In this document: piece by piece, positions 1 through 9,358 of the stretch
Layout of the letters: every line of letters starts with the position of its first letter
How positions within the stretch are numbered: the stretch's first letter is position 1
Assembly (NCBI GenBank): GCA_965207225.1
Contig: CBDBLV010000002.1
Span: forward strand, 236,160-300,159
Direction of reading: 5' to 3'
Source: Dehalococcoidia bacterium
Lineage (GTDB): Bacteria; Chloroflexota; Dehalococcoidia; Plut-88900
Length of the DNA: 64,000 nt
Translations under genes and position numbers: made by a program
Notes under the pieces: generated by a model
What the model was told of the DNA's origin: nothing
Database searches by the model: none
Seen by the model: only the letters and a program-made list of their open reading frames with translations

Positions 1-396
1 CTACGGACGCCTTCACACTCTCCACCGATCCTATGGGCACCACCATCACCCCAACGTCGCCCAGCCGCTCCACCTGCCCCGACTCCAACGGCTTCTGCAA
101 ATCTCCCAGGTGGCACACCACTATCCCGTCCATCTCGATGGCGTATACCGTGTTCCGGCCTATCGAGACCGCCCCGTTCTCAGCCTCGCTGGTATGGTAG
201 GCAGTACCCACCCCCGTGATCAGGACCTCCGCTATCTCGTACTCACCCGGCCCTCGGATCGCCCTCCACCCTTGCTCCTCCTGTACACCCCCTTGCTCCT
301 CCGCCCCGAAAAGGGACAACGGCCCCGTGGGAGGCCCGCTCCAGGTCACTGCCTTCACGTAAGGTGCGCGCGTCACCTTGCCGTGTACTTGTTCAT
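1..396 (-). CDS. small protein resembling only the C-terminal half of an MBL-fold metal hydrolase (not in the supplied ORF track)
   Basis: Hand translation: ATG 394-396, upstream in-frame stop 409-411, stop codon 1-3. Product MNKYTGKVTRAPYVKAV...YAIEMDGIVVCHLGDLQKPLESGQVERLGDVGVMVVPIGSV has the H.GD...LG.vDv..vPiG pattern of beta-lactamase-fold hydrolase C-termini but no HxHxDH motif. Confidence 0.4.
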
Positions 397-535
397 AAGG
401 ATCGGTGATCACCCCCAGCTCCCGGGACCTTATCGAAAAACACCTTCTGCCAAACCAGGTTATGTCCAACTCTTTGCTCTCTTTCTAGCTGAAGTATAGG
501 AAAGGGTATAGGCACGTGCAATACTGCATCCCAAC

Positions 536-564
536 TTGACACCGACAACCCGTGTTGATAAATT
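536..564 (+). promoter_or_regulatory. sigma70-like promoter of hrcA operon
   Basis: TTGACA (536-541), 17-nt spacer, TAAATT (559-564). The CIRCE element starts about 9 nt downstream. Confidence 0.45.
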
Positions 565-572
565 CGATGTAT

Positions 573-599
573 CTGGCACTCTCGATTTCGGGGTGCCAA
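573..599. promoter_or_regulatory. CIRCE-like HrcA operator
   Basis: CTGGCACTC-N9-GGGTGCCAA, an imperfect inverted repeat resembling TTAGCACTC-N9-GAGTGCTAA, directly upstream of hrcA. Confidence 0.6.
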
Positions 600-645
600 A
601 CCTTTATGTAGGCGGTCGGCGCCACTCCTCTTCAAGGAGGCCTTT

Positions 646-1665
646 TTGTTAACTGCAAGAAGAGAATCCGTGCTAAACGCCATTGTCGAAGGGCATATCG
701 ATACGGTTACGCCCGTCGGCTCGCAGCTTATTGCAAAGAGGTGGGGAATGCGGCTGAGCCCCGCCACCGTTCGGTCGGAGATGGCCGCCCTGGAGCAGGA
801 CGGCTACATCACCAGGCCCCACACCTCTGCCGGAGGCCTCCCCACCGACCTCGGCTACAGGGCCTACGTGCGCCAGTTCCTTGCCAACCCGACCCTCGAC
901 ACTGGCCAGCGGGGAGTCGTCCGTCGGCGTCTTCTTGATGTCGCCATGGACCAGGAGGGTTGGGCCCGCTCCGCCGCCGAAGCCCTCTCCCGCCTCACCG
1001 GCAGCCTTGCTGTAACCACCGCCCCCAAGGCGTCTCAAGTGCGCCTCAAGCGCATAGAGCTGGTCCCTGTCCAGGACCTGATGGTTATGACCCTCGTAGT
1101 TCTCTGGGGAACCAAGGTCCTGCGGCAGATGCTTTCGTTGGATGAGTCCGTATCCGAGAATGAGCTGATCCGCTCCAGCAATAAGCTCAACCACCTTTTC
1201 GAGGGCGTGGTCCCGTCTGAGTTGGCCGACTCCGCCGCAGAGCTTACCCCTCTTGAAGAAGATGTGGTCCAGCTGGTCAAGGAACTCATGGAGGAAGAGG
1301 CGCAGCAGGACCTTGAGGACCCCCTTTTCGAAGGCTTGCAGCAGGTCTTTGAACAGCCCGAACTAGCCGAAGCCGAGATCCTCAGAGACATGATGGAGAT
1401 CCTCGAAGAAAAAGGCAGGCTGAAGAAAATCATGCAGCAGGTCCACTCTGGGCCCGGGCTCCGGGTCGCCATCGGTGGCGAAGTCCGCGTCGCCAGGATG
1501 CGCCACTTCAGCATCATCGTCTCCGAATATGGCGTCTCCGACCGCGTCAAAGGCGTGGTCGGCGTGTTCGGCCCCAAGCGCATGGCCTACAGGCGAAACA
1601 TCCCCGCCGTCAACTATCTTGCTCACCTAATGAGCGACGCCGTGCAGCAAGGCTTCCCCGACTAG
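646..1665 (+). CDS. hrcA: heat-inducible transcription repressor HrcA
   Basis: 339 aa. TTG start 5 nt after AAGGAGG. N-terminal winged-helix region (SVLNAIVEGHI..PVGSQ) typical of HrcA. CIRCE upstream; grpE and dnaJ downstream. Confidence 0.93.
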   Translation: MLTARRESVLNAIVEGHIDTVTPVGSQLIAKRWGMRLSPATVRSEMAALEQDGYITRPHTSAGGLPTDLGYRAYVRQFLANPTLDTGQRGVVRRRLLDVAMDQEGWARSAAEALSRLTGSLAVTTAPKASQVRLKRIELVPVQDLMVMTLVVLWGTKVLRQMLSLDESVSENELIRSSNKLNHLFEGVVPSELADSAAELTPLEEDVVQLVKELMEEEAQQDLEDPLFEGLQQVFEQPELAEAEILRDMMEILEEKGRLKKIMQQVHSGPGLRVAIGGEVRVARMRHFSIIVSEYGVSDRVKGVVGVFGPKRMAYRRNIPAVNYLAHLMSDAVQQGFPD

Positions 1666-1677
1666 TAAGGCTGAGAA

Positions 1678-2265
1678 ATGAGTGATTCCAACACCAGTCC
1701 CGAGGATTCTGAAAAGCCCCAGCCGGAGGGAGATCAGCAGGGGGACACGGAGGGCCGGGATTTACCGGAGGACCTGGCCTCGGCCCTCGAACAGGAAAAA
1801 GAGCGCGCCGACAAAAACCTCGCCAACTGGCAAAGGGCCCAGGCGGACCTGGCAAACTACAAGAAGCGCGTGGAGGTGGAAAAGCAGGAATTGGCCAAAT
1901 TCGCCAATGCTGCCCTTGTTGGGTCGCTCGTCTCCCTCGTCGACGATTTTGAACGGGCCCGGGCCACCATCCCCGACAGCATCCTCGGCATGACCTGGGT
2001 GGAAGGCCTGTTCCTCATCGAGCGTAAACTCCTCTCTACCCTGGAGGTCTCGGGCCTCTCGGTAATCAAGGCCCTGGACGAGGACTTCGACCCTAACCTC
2101 CACGAAGCCGTGATGCACGGCGAAGGTCCCGAGGGAAAGGTTGTCGAGGAGTTCCAGAAGGGATACAAGCTCCACGAACGAGTTATCCGCCCGGCCATGG
2201 TCAAGGTCGGGCAGGGCACTACCACCGAAAACCCCGACATATCAAATGAACAAGGAGATTCCTGA
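1678..2265 (+). CDS. grpE: nucleotide exchange factor GrpE
   Basis: 195 aa. Acidic N-terminus followed by the GrpE core (LANYKKRVEVEK ... GYKLHERVIRPAMVKV). Confidence 0.93.
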   Translation: MSDSNTSPEDSEKPQPEGDQQGDTEGRDLPEDLASALEQEKERADKNLANWQRAQADLANYKKRVEVEKQELAKFANAALVGSLVSLVDDFERARATIPDSILGMTWVEGLFLIERKLLSTLEVSGLSVIKALDEDFDPNLHEAVMHGEGPEGKVVEEFQKGYKLHERVIRPAMVKVGQGTTTENPDISNEQGDS

Positions 2266-2317
2266 CTTAGCACCAAAGCCTCGGACCCCCGACAGGGATT
2301 CTAAGTAAACAAGTATC

Positions 2318-3439
2318 ATGACCACCAAGACCGACTATTACGAACTGCTGTCGGTGCCGAGGAGCGCCTCCCAGGAAGAGATCAAGAAGGCCTTCCGCCG
2401 CCAGGCCCTCAAGTACCACCCCGACAGGAACAAGGATCCTGGCGCCGAGGCCAAGTTCAAGCAGATCAACGAGGCCTACGAGGTCCTGAGCGACCCGGAC
2501 AAACGCGCCGCCTACGACAGGTTCGGACACGCCGGGACTTCCGGCGGCCCCTACGGCCGGGGCTTTGAAGGCATGGGTGGCTTCGGTGGTTTCGGCGACA
2601 TCTTCGAAGCCTTCTTCGGGTCCAATGCCAGCGCCAAGACCGGGCCCCAGCGCGGGGCCGATTTACACACTGGTGCTACCATCTCCTTTGAAGATTCGGT
2701 CTTTGGCACCGAACGCAACGTTGAAGTCCAGAGGACAGAGGTATGCAAGGATTGTCGCGGCTCCCGCGCCGAGCCCGGCACCGATGTATCCACCTGCTCC
2801 ACCTGCAACGGCAACGGCAGCGTGCGTCGGGTGCAGCAGAACCTGTTTGGACAGTTCGTCAACGTCACCCCGTGCGCTCAGTGCCGCGGCGAGGGCCGTG
2901 TTGTCTCTACTCCATGTAGTCATTGTCGGGGCTCCGGCAGGATACGGGCCAACCGCACAATCGCCGTCCAAATACCTGCCGGAGTCGAGGAAGGCACCCA
3001 GGTCAGACTCACCGGCGAGGGCGATGCCGGCGGCCGTGGCGGCTCATCAGGCAACCTCTATGTCACCGTCAAAGTGAAGAGACACGAGTACTTCAGCCGG
3101 GACGCCGACGACGTCCTCTTGGACTACTATGTCAACTTCGCCCAGGCCGCCCTCGGTGACGAGGTGGAGGTGCCGACCATCGACGGCCCCGTTATGCTCA
3201 AAGTCCCGTCGGGAATCCAGACAGGGACCGCGCTCAGGCTCAGGGGCAGGGGCGCCTACAGGCTGCGGGGTGGCGGTCGCGGGGACCAGATTGTCTACGT
3301 CAACGTACTAACCCCAGACTCCCTCAACAAGGAAGAACTGGAGCATTTCCGTCAGCTCGCCCTCACCCTGGATCAGCCGGGCGTATCCGGCCGCAACGGT
3401 AAGGGCATATTCGAGAAGATCAAGGAAGTGTTCCGATAG
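2318..3439 (+). CDS. dnaJ: molecular chaperone DnaJ
   Basis: 373 aa. J domain with HPDRNK, a G/F-rich linker, and four CxxCxGxG zinc-finger repeats. Confidence 0.97.
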   Translation: MTTKTDYYELLSVPRSASQEEIKKAFRRQALKYHPDRNKDPGAEAKFKQINEAYEVLSDPDKRAAYDRFGHAGTSGGPYGRGFEGMGGFGGFGDIFEAFFGSNASAKTGPQRGADLHTGATISFEDSVFGTERNVEVQRTEVCKDCRGSRAEPGTDVSTCSTCNGNGSVRRVQQNLFGQFVNVTPCAQCRGEGRVVSTPCSHCRGSGRIRANRTIAVQIPAGVEEGTQVRLTGEGDAGGRGGSSGNLYVTVKVKRHEYFSRDADDVLLDYYVNFAQAALGDEVEVPTIDGPVMLKVPSGIQTGTALRLRGRGAYRLRGGGRGDQIVYVNVLTPDSLNKEELEHFRQLALTLDQPGVSGRNGKGIFEKIKEVFR

Positions 3440-3471
3440 TCTGGTTATCGAGTTGGACTTTGCCACTTGGG

Positions 3472-3502
3472 CCCGACCCGGCAGTGCTGGATCGGGTTTT
3501 TT
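3472..3502 (+). terminator. intrinsic terminator after dnaJ
   Basis: CCCGACCC / GGATCGGG stem (7 of 8 bp) followed by TTTTTT. Confidence 0.5.
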
Positions 3503-3533
3503 CTCAGCCATTGACCCGGACTAGGGCGGTTGG

Positions 3534-4415
3534 ATGGAACTGGTAGAACTCTCAGTGGAGGTGGACTCTGAGTCCACGGAACCCGTCTGCGAGGCTTTCC
3601 GTCGCTACGGCTGCGAGAGAATCGTAGTGGAGAAATTGGACCCCTCCGGCCCCCACCCCAGACTCCTCGTCAAAGCCTACTCCCACAACGACGAATCTCG
3701 GGAAACGCTGATTGCCAACATGGAAGTAGTCGTCCGGCTTCTGGGCCTAGTCCGAGAGGTGGGTGGCCTTCAAACTCGGGTGCTTCAGGAGGAAGACTGG
3801 GCTCTGGCCTGGCGCAGGCAATACACCATCCAGCACCTGGGGAAAAGGCTGATTGTTTGCCCCACCTGGCTTTCTTACAAACCTGAACAACACGAGGTTG
3901 TTGTTCGCCTCGACCCCGGCATGGCCTTCGGTACGGGCGTCCACCCGACCACCCGTATGTGCCTTCAGGTCCTTGATGGGCTGATCAAGCCTGGAATGCA
4001 CATCGCGGACGTTGGTTGCGGCTCGGGCATCCTGTCCATCGCCGCAGTCAAGCTTGGCGCTTCCAAGGCCCTGGCCCTGGATGTGGACACCCTGGCTGTT
4101 AAGGTTGCCCGTGAGAATGTCGAAGCTAACGGTGTATCACAGTTAGTGGAAGTTGCAGAAGGCACCCTCCGGCATGACCCCTCCCACCCCGCCCCCGACT
4201 ACGACCTCATCGTCGCCAATATCACCCTCAACCCCATCCTTGAGCTGGCCCCCCACATCGTGAATTCCCTGGGTTCAGGCGGTTTGGCAATCCTTAGTGG
4301 CCTCCTTCAAGAACAGGGCCCGACCGTCGATTCCGCCTTCGAGGCCTTGGGAGCCTGCCTGGAGTCCCGGACCACGATAGACGACTGGCTGACCCTGGTC
4401 TTTAGAAAGCCCTAG
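3534..4415 (+). CDS. prmA: ribosomal protein L11 methyltransferase
   Basis: 293 aa. GTGVHPTTRMCL and DVGCGSGILSIAA (SAM motif). Conserved position after dnaJ. Confidence 0.9.
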   Translation: MELVELSVEVDSESTEPVCEAFRRYGCERIVVEKLDPSGPHPRLLVKAYSHNDESRETLIANMEVVVRLLGLVREVGGLQTRVLQEEDWALAWRRQYTIQHLGKRLIVCPTWLSYKPEQHEVVVRLDPGMAFGTGVHPTTRMCLQVLDGLIKPGMHIADVGCGSGILSIAAVKLGASKALALDVDTLAVKVARENVEANGVSQLVEVAEGTLRHDPSHPAPDYDLIVANITLNPILELAPHIVNSLGSGGLAILSGLLQEQGPTVDSAFEALGACLESRTTIDDWLTLVFRKP

Positions 4416-4419
4416 CCAC

Positions 4420-5025
4420 CTACTCCTCTGGATCAAACTCCAGCTTGTTCTCAGTGCCTTCTAGCAAGCGTTTGAAGTTCTCTCGGTGTGCATAGAAGAT
4501 GATCGCCGTCGGGATTAAGGCTTGAAGCAGATACGCCTTCGGCCTCTTTCCAATCAGCACCGCAAAGAAAAGGCACAGCGCTCCTACTGCCGTCCCCGAC
4601 AATGACCCCAGCGATGATATCCGGAACTTAGCCATCACCGAACCACCGGTCAACGCGGCGACAATTCCCGGCCCGGGCGCCAATGCCAGCAGCGCACCGA
4701 GGTTTGTGACTACCCCCTTCCCCCCCTTGAAACCCCGCAAAACTGGCCAAATGTGTCCCGCCACAACAGCAATGCCCACAAGCGCGTGCACCAGACTCGA
4801 ATCACTGACCTTCCTGGCTATCAATACCGGAAGCAGGCCCTTGAAAGTATCGATGAGCAGCACGGCCGTAGAAGCCGAGGGCCCCGCCACCCGGTACACA
4901 TTCGCCGCACCTATATTTCCGCTCCCCCGCCTCTGGATATCGACCCCTTTCGCCTGCTTCACCACTATCTTGCCCGTCGGTATCCCGCCCATCAGGTAGC
5001 CGAACAGAATCAGTAGTATTGTCAT
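4420..5025 (-). CDS. plsY: glycerol-3-phosphate acyltransferase PlsY
   Basis: Start placed at the internal ATG 5023-5025 (MTILLILFGYLMGGIPTGKIV...GSGNIGAANV), giving 201 aa. The rest of the 356-aa track ORF overlaps der out of frame. ATGA overlap with the der stop codon. Confidence 0.9.
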   Translation of the reverse strand: MTILLILFGYLMGGIPTGKIVVKQAKGVDIQRRGSGNIGAANVYRVAGPSASTAVLLIDTFKGLLPVLIARKVSDSSLVHALVGIAVVAGHIWPVLRGFKGGKGVVTNLGALLALAPGPGIVAALTGGSVMAKFRISSLGSLSGTAVGALCLFFAVLIGKRPKAYLLQALIPTAIIFYAHRENFKRLLEGTENKLEFDPEE

Positions 5026-6334
5026 TCGCCCCGGCTTCTCCTTTGGAACCTGAGTTGTATCGGGGTACCCTCGAACCCGAACTCGTCCCGCAGCCGGTTC
5101 TCCAGAAAACGTTGATAGGAGAAATGCACTAGCGCCGGGTCGTTCACAAAAAATGTGAATGTCGGGGGGTGGGTCCCGGTCTGGGTAACGTAGAACAGTT
5201 TGAGCCGCCTCCCCCGCGCCCGTGGCAGAGGACTGTCCGTCACCGCGCGAGTCAACATCCTGTTCAACGCTGATGTTGCAACAGTCTTCCCTCTCTCGTT
5301 GAAAATCATTAGAGCCGCAGGCATCAGTTCCGACACTCCCTGACCGTACATCGCAGAAGTGTACAGCACCGGCACGTACTCTCCAGCCCGGATCCTGTCC
5401 TGGATGTACGGCTGGGCAGTCTCCATTCCCAGCTCCAGTTCCGGGGCCAGGTCCCATTTGTTCACCACCACCGCCATCCCTTGTACGCATCCTTTGCGTA
5501 CCCCCAGATGTGCATGTCCTGCGCCGTCATGAGCTCCGACGCGTCTACAACCAGCAGCACCACGTCGGCCCTGTAGATCGCCTCCATCGTCCGCAGCACG
5601 CTGTACTTCTCCACCCCCCGCCCTATCTTCCCCCGACGCCTCACCCCTGCCGTATCTATCAGCAGTATTCGCTCTCCCTCGTATTCCAGTACGGTGTCAA
5701 TGGCATCTCGAGTCGTCCCCGGGACATCACTGACTATGACCCTCTCCTCACCGAACAGTGTGTTCAGCAGCATCGATTTTCCCACATTCGGCCGACCCAC
5801 GATTGCCACCTTCATTACTCCGGTCTGTGGCTCGACCTCCGGCTCCTCCACGTTGGCGTCCATCCAGGCGGTGAGCCGGTCCAGACCCTTGGCATGGTAT
5901 GCGCTGATTGGGGTAGGGTCTCCCATCCCCAGCCTGTAGAAGTCACCAAGGTCCGCCGCCCGACGGTTGTTGTCAATCTTGTTGACCACCAGAGACACCG
6001 GCTTTTCCGATACCCGGAGCAGGTCCGCCAGCTCCTCGTCTCCTGCCGTCAGGCCATCCTTCCCGTCAACCATGAACAGGATCGCCGACGCCTCCGCCAG
6101 TGCCACCTTGACCTGCTCCGTCACGCCGACGTGGATCTCATCTTCCTGCCCCAGGTCCAAACCTCCGGTATCGACCAGCAGAACGCTCTTGTCACCCACC
6201 GTCACCTGCGCCGATACCCTATCCCGCGTCGTTCCCGGCATGTCTGACACTATCGCCATCCGCCGCCCGACAAACTTGTTGAACAGCGTCGACTTCCCCA
6301 CATTCGGCCGGCCTACTATGGCTACGATAGACAT
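5022..6334 (-). pseudogene. der: ribosome-associated GTPase Der (EngA), reading frame broken by a 1-nt frameshift (or assembly error)
   Basis: The track ORFs 5462..6334 (two GxxxxGKS P-loops, DTAG) and 5022..5477 (VVVNKWDL G4 motif plus KH-like C-terminus) together form one Der protein. The frames overlap by 16 nt at 5462-5477. Confidence 0.85.
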
Positions 6335-6363
6335 TTGACCAAGCGTCGGTGAAGACCGTGTCC

Positions 6364-7278
6364 CTAAGCCCGACCCAGGAGCCGCTCCAGCACCGCTTTC
6401 TGAGCATGCAGCCGGTTCTCCGCCTGGTCGAACACCACCGATTGCGGGTGCTCCATCGCCTCGTCTGTCACTTCTTCCCCCCGGTGGGCAGGCAGCGGGT
6501 GCATGAAGATGGCGCTGCTATCCGCACGCGATATCAATTCCGCATCGACCTGGTACCCCGCAAAGTCCCGAAGCCTGCGCTCCGACTCCGCTTCCTGTCC
6601 CATGCTCGTCCAAACGTCCGTATACACCACGTCCGCCTCCGACACCGCCTCGGCCGGCTGAGTCTGCACCCTGAAACTGGCCCCGCTCTCGCCGCTCAGC
6701 CTTTCTATCTTCCCAACCATCTCGGGGGGGAGAAGGTAGGACTCGGGAGTCGCCATCACGAAGTTCGCCCCGACCAGCATCGCCCCCAGCGAAAGGCTCG
6801 CCGCCATGTTGTTGCCGTCTCCCACGTATGCGATCTTCAATCCTTTCAATGCGCCTTTGTGCTCGTACATCGTCAGCAGGTCCGCCAGCACCTGGCACGG
6901 GTGCTCTCCGTCCGATAGCCCGTTTATGACCGGACATGTCGCGTACTTCGCGAGGTCCACAACAGTCTGGTGCCGATGAGTCCGCGCCACTATCCCGTCT
7001 GCATATCGACTAAGCACCCGCGCCACGTCCGAAACCGGCTCCCGGGTCCCCAACCCTATCTCCTGCGGCGAAAGGTAGACGCACTGCCCGCCCAACTGCC
7101 TCATCCCGATGTCAAAGCTAGCACGGGTCCGCAGCGATGGTAACTCGAAGACCAGGGCCAGCGCCTTCCCCTCCAGTGCCCGAGAACCATCCCCCTTCTT
7201 CATCGTCACCGCCCTCTCTATGAGGGCCATGATCTCAGCCCCCGAGAGGTCGGCCATGGAGAGCAGGTCTTTATCCAT
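6364..7278 (-). CDS. argF: ornithine carbamoyltransferase
   Basis: 304 aa. Motifs SLRTRASF, HPCQVLADL, DVWTSMGQE and FMHPLP. Confidence 0.9.
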   Translation of the reverse strand: MDKDLLSMADLSGAEIMALIERAVTMKKGDGSRALEGKALALVFELPSLRTRASFDIGMRQLGGQCVYLSPQEIGLGTREPVSDVARVLSRYADGIVARTHRHQTVVDLAKYATCPVINGLSDGEHPCQVLADLLTMYEHKGALKGLKIAYVGDGNNMAASLSLGAMLVGANFVMATPESYLLPPEMVGKIERLSGESGASFRVQTQPAEAVSEADVVYTDVWTSMGQEAESERRLRDFAGYQVDAELISRADSSAIFMHPLPAHRGEEVTDEAMEHPQSVVFDQAENRLHAQKAVLERLLGRA

Positions 7279-7352
7279 GATGCTCCTTGAGGAGATGTCA
7301 GAATAGTAGGTCTTGGAGATGAGGGAATTGTGACGGCAGGCCTCTGTGCCCG

Positions 7353-7832
7353 TTACGCGTCTGCGTGGACGTGTGCCCGGTCGGCAGAGAATAGATGGGG
7401 TGCGAAGTTGGCGGGTCCTCCCAGCCGGGTCTGGCAGGCCTTGCAGACCACGTAGACCTCTATCCGGTGCCCGACTACGCTCCCTCTACCCGACATTTCC
7501 CATTGCGAAAGCCACTGCTCGATTTCCGATTCGTGGAACTCGGAGACCAGGCCGCAGGACACGCATACCAGGTGGTGGTGGTGCCCGCTCATGGTTAGCA
7601 TGTAGCGAGGCGAGCCGTCAGGAAGGCTGATCTTGCACAGCAGTCCCTGTTCCACCAGCAGCTTGATCGTCCGGTATACCGTAGCCCTCCCGACACCCTC
7701 TAACTCCGCGTGCAACTCTTCCGCCGTGAAGTTGGTCTCCTTGCCGGCTATGCTTTCTATTACCTGGCGCCTCGGGTGCGTTATCCGGTAGCGTCGGCCG
7801 CCTATGGCATCAAGTAGCGTTTTGGAGTCCAT
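7353..7832 (-). CDS. Fur-family metalloregulator (Fur/Zur/PerR type not resolved)
   Basis: 159 aa. Winged-helix region (ATVYRTIKLLVEQGL), then HHHHLVCVSCG and a C-terminal CKAC pair. Confidence 0.85.
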   Translation of the reverse strand: MDSKTLLDAIGGRRYRITHPRRQVIESIAGKETNFTAEELHAELEGVGRATVYRTIKLLVEQGLLCKISLPDGSPRYMLTMSGHHHHLVCVSCGLVSEFHESEIEQWLSQWEMSGRGSVVGHRIEVYVVCKACQTRLGGPANFAPHLFSADRAHVHADA

Positions 7833-7876
7833 AGCAATGTGTGGGACCTCTGTCCCATGTCTCCGTCTTTCCTAAC

Positions 7877-8182
7877 CTACCATTTTTCGTCTTCAGGATA
7901 AACGCTGTTGCACACCGCGACTTCGTAGGGCTTTGCAAACCAGTTTTCGGTAGCCTTTTCCCATCGCTGGAAGTGGGGCGTCTTGATGTGTTCATCCTCG
8001 GCGTTGGAGTCCAAATACACCTCGTAGAGATAAAACCGGGTCGGGTTGTCCGTGTCCACCAGCACTTCCCACCTCGTGCATCCCGGCTCGGTGACGGAGC
8101 CCTTGGCGTTGAGTATAGTCTCGGCGATGAATTTCTCCCGGTACTCGGGCTTGACGTCTATGGTAACCACATCGACTCGCAT
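7877..8182 (-). CDS. ABM (antibiotic biosynthesis monooxygenase-like) domain protein
   Basis: Start at the internal ATG 8180-8182, preceded by GGAGGAG. About 101 aa (MRVDVVTIDVKPEYREKF...RFYLYEVY...HIKTPHFQRW), a typical ABM ferredoxin-like fold signature. Confidence 0.7.
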   Translation of the reverse strand: MRVDVVTIDVKPEYREKFIAETILNAKGSVTEPGCTRWEVLVDTDNPTRFYLYEVYLDSNAEDEHIKTPHFQRWEKATENWFAKPYEVAVCNSVYPEDEKW

Positions 8183-8265
8183 GGCTCCTCCGGAAGGTGT
8201 ATGTATCTCTATTGTACACCGTAATTGATACAAAGGGGCTTGCCCTCTCCCCTGAAACATCTTTA

Positions 8266-8294
8266 TTGACGGGCAATTTCGGCCTGAGTATCAT
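8266..8294 (+). promoter_or_regulatory. candidate promoter of the E1a/E1b/E2 operon
   Basis: TTGACG, 17-nt spacer, TATCAT, about 45 nt upstream of the start codon. Confidence 0.4.
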
Positions 8295-8336
8295 GTTTCC
8301 ATCGCTCCGCCCCCTGACCTGCGACGAGGTGTCATC

Positions 8337-9320
8337 ATGCCAGACGTTCACCCCATGCCCGACAAATCAACCGCTTTCTCCCTCTATGAAGGCATGGTCA
8401 CCATCCGCGAATTCGAAGAACGCGCCCGCCGCGAGGGAGACGCCGGAAAACCCGTGGGCGGTATCCACTCCTCCGTCGGCCAGGAAGCCGTTGCCGTCGG
8501 CATCTGCCGCTATCTTCGTGACGACGACTACGTTCTAGGCAATCACAGGAGCCATCACCATTGCCTCGCCAAGGGTGTCGACATGAAGGAGATGATGGCC
8601 GAGCTCATGGGCAAGGCCACCGGCACCAATAAGGGCAAGGGCGGTACAATGCACATCGCCGACAAGAACGTCGGTATGCTAGGCGCCAACGGAGTAATCG
8701 GCTCCAACGTCCCCGTAGCCGCCGGAGCGGCCCTTAGTGCCAAGATCCGAGGCACCGACCAGGTAGCCGTCGTTTTCTTCGGCGACGGCGGCGCCAACCA
8801 GGGCGCCCTCCACGAGACCCTCAACCTCGCCGCCATCTGGAATCTCGGCGTCATTTTCGTCTGCGAAAACAACCGCTATGCAGAGTCCACCCCCGTGGAA
8901 TACTCCCTCGCCGGTGGCTCCATCGCCAACCGGGCCTCGGCTTACGGGATAGTCGGGGAGACCGTTGACGGCCAGGACGTTCTCGATGTCTCGACGGCAA
9001 TGGAAAGGGCGGTCCATAGGGCCCGGGCAGGTGAAGGCCCCTCCATCATTGAGGCCAAGACCTACCGTTACTACGGCCACCACGGCGCCGACGACCCCCT
9101 GCGCTACCGCACGAGAGAAGAGGAAGAGTTTTACCGCAATCGGGACTGCATAGCCAATTTCAAGACTCGAATTATCGAAGAAGAACTGGGTACCGGCGAA
9201 GAGCTCCAGGAAATCGATGCCTCGATATTGGGGGCACTGGACGAGGCTGTGAAGTTCGCCGACGAAAGCCCCTGGCCCGACCCCGATGAGCTCGTCGCCG
9301 ACGTTTATGTCAATTACTAG
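8337..9320 (+). CDS. TPP-dependent 2-oxoacid (pyruvate/acetoin-type) dehydrogenase E1 alpha subunit
   Basis: 327 aa. TPP-binding region GDGGANQG...NNRYA; typical E1 alpha length and order. Confidence 0.9.
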   Translation: MPDVHPMPDKSTAFSLYEGMVTIREFEERARREGDAGKPVGGIHSSVGQEAVAVGICRYLRDDDYVLGNHRSHHHCLAKGVDMKEMMAELMGKATGTNKGKGGTMHIADKNVGMLGANGVIGSNVPVAAGAALSAKIRGTDQVAVVFFGDGGANQGALHETLNLAAIWNLGVIFVCENNRYAESTPVEYSLAGGSIANRASAYGIVGETVDGQDVLDVSTAMERAVHRARAGEGPSIIEAKTYRYYGHHGADDPLRYRTREEEEFYRNRDCIANFKTRIIEEELGTGEELQEIDASILGALDEAVKFADESPWPDPDELVADVYVNY

Positions 9321-9358
9321 AATCCGTCACCAGCCATCTATGCAACCTGGGTAACGCC

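Noticed and set aside
5462-5477. Programmed +1 frameshift in der
   Set aside because: It cannot be excluded, but no known slippery or stimulatory context was recognised. A 1-nt homopolymer error or a real mutation is the simpler explanation. It is kept as a finding, not as a recoding claim.
4420-5490. 356-aa ORF taken at face value
   Set aside because: Only the last 201 codons are PlsY. The upstream 155 codons overlap the der C-terminal region in another frame and have junk composition.
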